Below are positions 16,087-21,325 of a stretch of DNA of 21,325 bases, one piece after another. The notes below the pieces were generated by a model. The model saw only the letters and a list, made by a program, of their open reading frames with translations, had not been told where the DNA came from and searched no databases. A program made the position numbers and the translations under genes. This stretch comes from Verrucomicrobia bacterium UBA3869 (lineage in GTDB: Bacteria > Verrucomicrobiota > Verrucomicrobiia > Opitutales > UBA9783): positions 1-21,325 of the forward strand of contig DGGR01000045.1 of the NCBI GenBank assembly GCA_002392285.1, read 5' to 3'. The stretch's first letter is position 1. Every line of letters begins with the position of its first letter.

Positions 16087-18375
16087 TTAGCTATTGGCTT
16101 CAATCATGTGTTTAACCGCATCTAGATTTTTTCGGCTACCAACCAAAAACACGCTATCTCCTGCCTTAAACATGTCCTCTAAGTGCAATTCTTGAATGCG
16201 TTCTTTTTTTCGCTGAATCCCTACCACATTAACCGAAAACTTTCTGCGTAAATCTAGAGAGGCTAAGGTTGCCTGATTAAAGGGATGGTTGTCGGTTACT
16301 ATGACTTGATCCAAATCAAATTCTACGTCATTGCTTACAGCCGCTGTTTTGGGCAGGTTAATCCACTTGTTGGCTAGGTTCAATTGTTCTTCTGTCCCCA
16401 AAAGCACCAAAACATCCCCAGGGTAAAAAACATGATTGGGAGCCACGTAATTTGAACAAAAACTGTTGCGAATAATCCCCAATAGCAAGGTATGCGTTTT
16501 TTCTCGCAACTGGCTATTAGCTAAGGTTAATCCAACTAATTGCGAAGTGGGTTTAACACTAACCCGCCGCACCTTGACCGGCCATGGATGTTTAGTCTCC
16601 ACTAACTTGATCGCCGCTGCATGCCTCCGTTCGTTTTGTTCTTCGAGGGCTTCAGAAAAACTATTTAAAAAACTCAGTTCAAATTTTGAGTTAAGCTTAC
16701 GCAGATTCGTGCAAAACAGCACCCCGACAATAATACCAATGGCAACCAAAGCTACAATGGGAATATAATGCGGCAAATACTGAGCGGAAACCATTAAAAA
16801 CGCCCAAATAAAGATAACCGTTGCGATTGATAACAGGACGATTTTTGTGATGCGATATATAATGGAATTCGAATTAATGGTGTGCTTAAAGGCTTTTTTC
16901 AAAACGCTTTGGCAGATTTCTATAAGGATATTATGGAGATTGCCGACAATGCAATTGATAAACGGAAGCGATAGGAATAGGGTTAACAGTAGGGTCCCGC
17001 GCTGCAGCCACATGACATGATTTAGGGATGTATGCTCTAATATACCACAGACTTTATATCCACAAAACACAATGGCGTTGATAATCAAGAAATGCAGTAC
17101 GATTTTGAATAACGGAACTCGTACAATACCGATCACTCGACTGGCCGATAACGTGTTTTGTAGTGTGCGTAAAAATACTTGATACGTATGCCCCAAGGTT
17201 TTCAGTCCATTGGGAACCATCTTCTCGAAATTTTTTAATACTGAATCTTCGTAAATGCAAAGGATATTGACGGCAATAATGCTAAATACTGCTACCCCAA
17301 TGGTGATGGTCATTAGGAGGCCGTTATCCAATCCAAGGGTTGAAGCAAGGGCAGCGATTACAAAACTGAATTCCCCAATCTGCGCTTTGGGTAAGGATGC
17401 ACGGAAGGATAACTCTCCCTTTTGCCCACCTAGGAAAAAACCGAACCAAGCGCTTATTAATTGTCCTACAACTACCAGGACGGTTAATACTAAAATAACC
17501 CATTTGTATCGCCAAAGCAGCCTACAATCAATGAGCATACCAATGGATACAAAGAATATGGATGAAAAAATATCGCGAATAGGCGCAATACTTTCCCCTA
17601 AGTGATGGATGATTTGTGTATTGGAAAAAATAACGCCCGCCAAAAAAGCACCTAATGCGTTAGAGTAACCATTTGAAATGTAACTCAGCAATAATACAAT
17701 GCCGATGGTACATACATTCATCACTTCTTGGTTGGAAATTTTTTTGAAGATAGCAATGATACGGTTGGCTATTAACCGACCAAAAATGGTTATGGAAACC
17801 ATAAAAATGGTAATCCAAAATATCAAATTCAAACATTTACCGAACCCAAAATTTCCATTTTGGATGCTCGAGAGGACGCTCAATAAAACAATCGCAAAAA
17901 TATCCTCTAAAATGGCTATACCCATGGTAAATTGCGCAAACGGCTGCTGTAACGCATTTTGTTGCTTTATGATTGGAATGGCTACCATGGTGGAGCTAAC
18001 AGAAAAAATTGCCCCTAAAAATAACCCTAAAGCCGCCGATAATCTTATGATTCGTGCTACAGTGATTCCCAAAAAGAATCCCATACAGGCCTGAAAGAAC
18101 ATAGCTAGCAAGCAAGGAAGTAGCGTTTGTTTTAACTTTTTTAAGTCAAATTCCAACCCGACGCAAAACATGAGGAAGATAACCCCCAATTCGCTGATAC
18201 TTTGAATAAATACATGGTTTTCATCGCAATGCGTTGGAAAATAAGAATGAACCAATACCCCTGATAGCAAATACCCTAGGATAGTCGGCCAATGGAGCAT
18301 TGAAAAGATAATTGACACAAAGCTAGCGGTAACCAGAATAAGTGTTAAATTTTGTATTAAGCTACTCTCTTCCAT
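16087..18375 (-). CDS. CPA2-family monovalent cation/proton antiporter with an extra membrane module and two C-terminal RCK_C (TrkA-C) domains
   Basis: 762 aa. The N-terminal ~385 aa is a polytopic Na+/H+-exchanger-like region (GYLLSGVLV, ELGVIFLMFCVGLEFDL, GAFLAGVIFS). About four more predicted TM helices follow. Two repeats with the TrkA-C pattern come last (LVGLTLANSQLREKTHTLLLGIIRN...GDVLVLLGTEEQL and LASLDLRRKFSVNVVGIQRK...GDSVFLVGSRKNL). Confidence 0.8.
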   Translation of the reverse strand: MEESSLIQNLTLILVTASFVSIIFSMLHWPTILGYLLSGVLVHSYFPTHCDENHVFIQSISELGVIFLMFCVGLEFDLKKLKQTLLPCLLAMFFQACMGFFLGITVARIIRLSAALGLFLGAIFSVSSTMVAIPIIKQQNALQQPFAQFTMGIAILEDIFAIVLLSVLSSIQNGNFGFGKCLNLIFWITIFMVSITIFGRLIANRIIAIFKKISNQEVMNVCTIGIVLLLSYISNGYSNALGAFLAGVIFSNTQIIHHLGESIAPIRDIFSSIFFVSIGMLIDCRLLWRYKWVILVLTVLVVVGQLISAWFGFFLGGQKGELSFRASLPKAQIGEFSFVIAALASTLGLDNGLLMTITIGVAVFSIIAVNILCIYEDSVLKNFEKMVPNGLKTLGHTYQVFLRTLQNTLSASRVIGIVRVPLFKIVLHFLIINAIVFCGYKVCGILEHTSLNHVMWLQRGTLLLTLFLSLPFINCIVGNLHNILIEICQSVLKKAFKHTINSNSIIYRITKIVLLSIATVIFIWAFLMVSAQYLPHYIPIVALVAIGIIVGVLFCTNLRKLNSKFELSFLNSFSEALEEQNERRHAAAIKLVETKHPWPVKVRRVSVKPTSQLVGLTLANSQLREKTHTLLLGIIRNSFCSNYVAPNHVFYPGDVLVLLGTEEQLNLANKWINLPKTAAVSNDVEFDLDQVIVTDNHPFNQATLASLDLRRKFSVNVVGIQRKKERIQELHLEDMFKAGDSVFLVGSRKNLDAVKHMIEANS

Positions 18376-18434
18376 CTTGTGATTCTTTGACTTGACGAAT
18401 CTTCATCGTTTGTTGCACTATTATTATAATCATT
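18376..18434. promoter_or_regulatory. 59-bp divergent intergenic region between the antiporter and mreB; presumed promoter region
   Basis: It contains overlapping TTGACT/TTGACG (18387-18397) and TATAAT (18425-18430, only 4 nt before the mreB ATG). TTGACG-N18-CACTAT (18416-18421) is the best + strand combination. No confident -35/-10 pairing exists for either direction. Confidence 0.3.
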
Positions 18435-19472
18435 ATGTTAAATTTAACACCTCTGATTGGCAAGCTGTTTTCCTGGGGATCTCATGATATTGGAATTGAC
18501 TTGGGCACAGCAAATACATTGGTGTTTGTACGCGACAAAGGAATTGTTTTAAATGAGCCAAGCGTAGTCGCAATTTACAAAAAAAGCCGTAAAGTACGTG
18601 CGGTTGGTTTGGAAGCAAAAAAAATGTTAGGCCGTACCCCGGATAATATTGCTGCTTTGCGTCCTATGAAGGATGGAGTTATTGCTGATTTTGAAGTGAC
18701 CGAAGCAATGTTGCGGTACTTTATGCGCAAGGTATGCGGTCATCAACGCTTTGTTCCCCCACGCGTGGTTATTGCAGTTCCTTCAGGAATTACGGAAGTA
18801 GAGCGTAGAGCAGTTAAAGAATCGGCTATCCGCGCAGGCGCGCGTGAAGTTTTATTGTTACAAGAACCAATGGCAGCTGCTATTGGGGTTGGTTTGCCCA
18901 TTGACGAGCCGGCTGCAAGTATGATTGTAGATATCGGTGGAGGTACTACGGAAGTAGCGATTATTTCCTTATCTGGTATGGTATTTACCAAGAGTTTGCG
19001 GGTTGGGGGAGACCAAATGGATTTAGCAATCATCAATCATTTAAAGAAAAAATATAATCTTTTGATTGGTGAACGTATGGCAGAAAACATTAAAATTGCT
19101 ATTGGATCTGCTATGCCGCTGGACGAAGAAGTCGAATTAGAGGTAAAAGGACGGGGTACTATCACAGGATTACCCCAAACGGTTACGGTTTCTTCAATAG
19201 AAGTCCGTGAAGCTTTATTGGATGCCTTAAATGAAATTGTAGAAGTGATTCATCAGGCACTGGATAAGTGTCCCCCGGAATTAGCAGCTGATTTGGTAGA
19301 CCGTGGTATTGTATTAGCGGGTGGAGGTGCATTGGTCCGTAATTTAGATCGTAAAATCAGTGAAGATTCACGTCTGCCCGTTATTATTGCTGAAAATCCC
19401 CTAAAAGCGGTTGCAAACGGAACCGGTGCTGTACTACAAAATTTATCCTTTTGGTTAAAGGAAGAATATTAA
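18435..19472 (+). CDS. mreB: Rod-shape-determining actin homologue MreB
   Basis: 345 aa. It has DIGIDLGTANTLVFVRDKGIVLNEPSVVA, MKDGVIADFEVTE, VIAVPSGITEVERRAV, IVDIGGGTTEVAIISL and GIVLAGGGALVRNLD. Confidence 0.96.
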   Translation: MLNLTPLIGKLFSWGSHDIGIDLGTANTLVFVRDKGIVLNEPSVVAIYKKSRKVRAVGLEAKKMLGRTPDNIAALRPMKDGVIADFEVTEAMLRYFMRKVCGHQRFVPPRVVIAVPSGITEVERRAVKESAIRAGAREVLLLQEPMAAAIGVGLPIDEPAASMIVDIGGGTTEVAIISLSGMVFTKSLRVGGDQMDLAIINHLKKKYNLLIGERMAENIKIAIGSAMPLDEEVELEVKGRGTITGLPQTVTVSSIEVREALLDALNEIVEVIHQALDKCPPELAADLVDRGIVLAGGGALVRNLDRKISEDSRLPVIIAENPLKAVANGTGAVLQNLSFWLKEEY

Positions 19473-19476
19473 CATT

Positions 19477-20292
19477 GTGTTTAAACCGCGGCTTAAGTGG
19501 ATATTAGGTCCCTTGGTAATTTTATTTATTATCTGGCATGTGGTATTACCTTCCCGTACGCGCATACGGTTGCAGCAAGTGGTTTTTGCCACTCAAGCTC
19601 CTCTGTGGAATGTTGTGCCAAATGTTGAAAAAATCCGTGAATTTGGGGTTGCTGAAAGCAAGCGAAAAACATGGTGGATTCACAAAGTTAAAGAGTTGAT
19701 GCGGGAAAATGTGCACCTAAAGCTTCAATTAGCTAATGCCGAACAGAGGTGCGAAACCGCCAAACAAATTTTAGGCATTAACGGCTTACCGATCGGGGAA
19801 TCTTTTAAATGTGTAACCGCGCACGTTATCTATCGCATGCAAGACACTTGGTCGCAATTCATAGTTATCAACCGCGGCGCTAAAGATGGTATTGCAATAG
19901 GGCAGGGGGTTTTATGTACCGAAGGGATTGTGGGTTGTATCACAAACGTATCGCAAAAAACAGCTATGGTTATGTTAGTTACCCATCCGGATTTTCGTTT
20001 GCTGGTACGATGTAATGTACAAAAAGAACTGTATGTACTGTGTGGGTTGATGAACAAAAAGGGATGGAATTCAACATGGTATGCGCAACTTAAAAACGGC
20101 ATCCATTATTATTTGCAGCAATCGGAGGTAAAAACCGTATCGGTCGGCAATATATTTCCGGATAATATCCATGTAGGTACGTGCGTTCGAGTTAAAGAGG
20201 AACATGGGCAGCTGGTAGGAACGGTTCAAATTGGTGAATATTTAAAGTGGCTTGATGAAGTGGGAGTACTGATCCCTGTTGATTCTCTATGA
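19477..20292 (+). CDS. mreC: Rod-shape-determining protein MreC
   Basis: 271 aa, with a GTG start at 19477, 4 nt after the mreB stop. It has an N-terminal TM helix, a coiled-coil segment (LMRENVHLKLQLANAEQRCE) and an MreC beta-domain pattern (INRGAKDGIAIGQGVLCTEGIVGCITNVSQKTAMVMLVTHPDFRLLV). Confidence 0.85.
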   Translation: MFKPRLKWILGPLVILFIIWHVVLPSRTRIRLQQVVFATQAPLWNVVPNVEKIREFGVAESKRKTWWIHKVKELMRENVHLKLQLANAEQRCETAKQILGINGLPIGESFKCVTAHVIYRMQDTWSQFIVINRGAKDGIAIGQGVLCTEGIVGCITNVSQKTAMVMLVTHPDFRLLVRCNVQKELYVLCGLMNKKGWNSTWYAQLKNGIHYYLQQSEVKTVSVGNIFPDNIHVGTCVRVKEEHGQLVGTVQIGEYLKWLDEVGVLIPVDSL

Positions 20293-20780
20293 TTTACCGT
20301 ATCATTCCATTTATATTCCTCTATTTTTGGATGGTGTTTGGGGTCTACTTATGTGGAGATTGGTTGGGCATCCATACTTACGCTGATGGTTTAATTATAG
20401 TCGGAGCACTATATGCATTAAGCCGCTGGGAAGCATCCTGTTGTGCGCTCTTGTTGGGGATTTGGTTAGATAGTTTGCAGGCAACCCCCTGGTACCTTCA
20501 TACATTTTTGCTCATTGCCGGAGTTTGCATCCTGCACGGCAGGTATTATCGAGCGCTATTCGCTTTCCACATCCGATTAAAAGTGTTCTTGCTAAATGTC
20601 ATGGGGCATAGCTGCTACCTAGCATTCATGTTTATCATTTATCACGTTCCCTTTTATTATGGCTTTTATTACCTAAGTTCTATTGGGTTATCTGCGTTAA
20701 TGGTTGCTTGGGTTATGCCTTATTGCTTCATGCTCCAAACGCGGTTTATATGGATTCAAAGGTATACACTTGAAAAATAA
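20289..20780 (+). CDS. mreD: Rod-shape-determining protein MreD (probable)
   Basis: 163-aa polytopic membrane protein that overlaps the mreC stop (ATGA at 20289-20292). It has an MreD-like motif, ALLLGIWLDSLQATPW. The call rests mainly on synteny after mreBC. Confidence 0.7.
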   Translation: MIYRIIPFIFLYFWMVFGVYLCGDWLGIHTYADGLIIVGALYALSRWEASCCALLLGIWLDSLQATPWYLHTFLLIAGVCILHGRYYRALFAFHIRLKVFLLNVMGHSCYLAFMFIIYHVPFYYGFYYLSSIGLSALMVAWVMPYCFMLQTRFIWIQRYTLEK

Positions 20781-20818
20781 AATCGTTTTTGTTGGTTTTT
20801 AGAGACAAACTGAACTAT

Positions 20819-21325
20819 ATGAATAAGAACGCAATCCAGGCCAAAGCTTATCGACTTTTAGGGGGATTTTTGTGCATTTTGTTGGGATTATTCATATTAC
20901 TGGCTTTGGTAACCTATCATCCTGAAGGTTCGCGGTTTTATAGCCTTGGTTCCCTAAACGGAAGTTCAAAGAATTACTTTGGTAGTTTTGGGGCAGGGTT
21001 TTGCTTCTATGCCTGTCGCTATTTAGGGACAATGGCTTGGATACTGCCTTTATTTATCCTATGGCTTGGGGTTAGCCTCTTTAAAGCTAAACCTTACTAT
21101 GTGTGTATTGGCCATGCAATTGCCTTTTTATTGCTGCTTTTGTTCGGTTCCAGCTTGTTGAATCTATTGCAGGTGATGGGATGGATGCGGCCGAATTACG
21201 CCTTTTATTCATTCGGACGCGGAGGGATTTTAGGTGCGAGCTTCTTACAGGGATTTTTAAAGGATTATTTAGGAACAGTAGGCTGCATGCTGATTTTGAT
21301 GCCTACAAGCTTTCTATGTTTGTTC
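20819..21325 (+). CDS. ftsK: DNA translocase FtsK, N-terminal membrane domain (3' end lies outside the window)
   Basis: This ORF is not in the ORF track because it has no stop. From ATG 20819 the frame stays open for 169 codons to the window edge. The translation MNKNAIQAKAYRLLGGFLCILLGLFILLALVTYHP...GSFGAGFCFY...GRGGILGASF is the typical FtsK 4-TM N-terminus. Confidence 0.75.
   Translation, partial: MNKNAIQAKAYRLLGGFLCILLGLFILLALVTYHPEGSRFYSLGSLNGSSKNYFGSFGAGFCFYACRYLGTMAWILPLFILWLGVSLFKAKPYYVCIGHAIAFLLLLLFGSSLLNLLQVMGWMRPNYAFYSFGRGGILGASFLQGFLKDYLGTVGCMLILMPTSFLCLF

Noticed and set aside
17255-18094. Plus-strand ORFs (116 and 131 aa) antisense to the antiporter gene
   Set aside because: They are shadow ORFs inside a long, coherent membrane-protein gene.
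18743-20102. Minus-strand ORFs antisense to mreB (97 aa) and mreC (90 aa)
   Set aside because: They are shadow ORFs opposite well-supported genes.

Overview
This is a gene-dense, moderately AT-rich bacterial chromosomal window. Positions 1-11823 (+ strand) hold the 3' end of rplB and then an uninterrupted S10-spc-alpha ribosomal-protein cluster: rpsS rplV rpsC rplP rpmC rpsQ rplN rplX rplE rpsN rpsH rplF rplR rpsE rplO secY map rpsM rpsK rpsD rpoA rplQ. Junctions range from a 1-nt overlap to a 23-nt gap. The usual slots for rpmD (L30), adk, infA and rpmJ (L36) are empty. SecY, S11, L17 and L24 carry unusual terminal extensions. Positions 11864-16086 are the only accessory-looking stretch. They contain a divergent zeta-toxin-like P-loop protein 40 nt after rplQ, and tRNA-Asn(GTT) followed 14 nt later by an uncharacterised 364-aa lipoprotein gene. 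A bidirectional rho-independent terminator follows. On the minus strand sits tRNA-Pro(TGG), followed 11 nt later by an overlapping pair: an OleA-like KAS III condensing enzyme and an OleB/haloalkane-dehalogenase-like Asp-nucleophile alpha/beta hydrolase. The remainder is a 762-aa CPA2-type cation/proton antiporter with two C-terminal RCK_C domains (minus strand), then mreB-mreC-mreD and the 5' end of ftsK (plus strand). I found no CRISPR array, IS element, integrase or rRNA. The most unusual structure is the mirror-image pair of tRNA-headed units converging on one terminator, especially the OleA/OleB-like cassette with no oleC/oleD nearby, together with the antitoxin-less zeta-like kinase. All family assignments come from motif reading by eye and remembered family signatures, not from database searches. 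Taxonomic placement cannot be made from this sequence alone.
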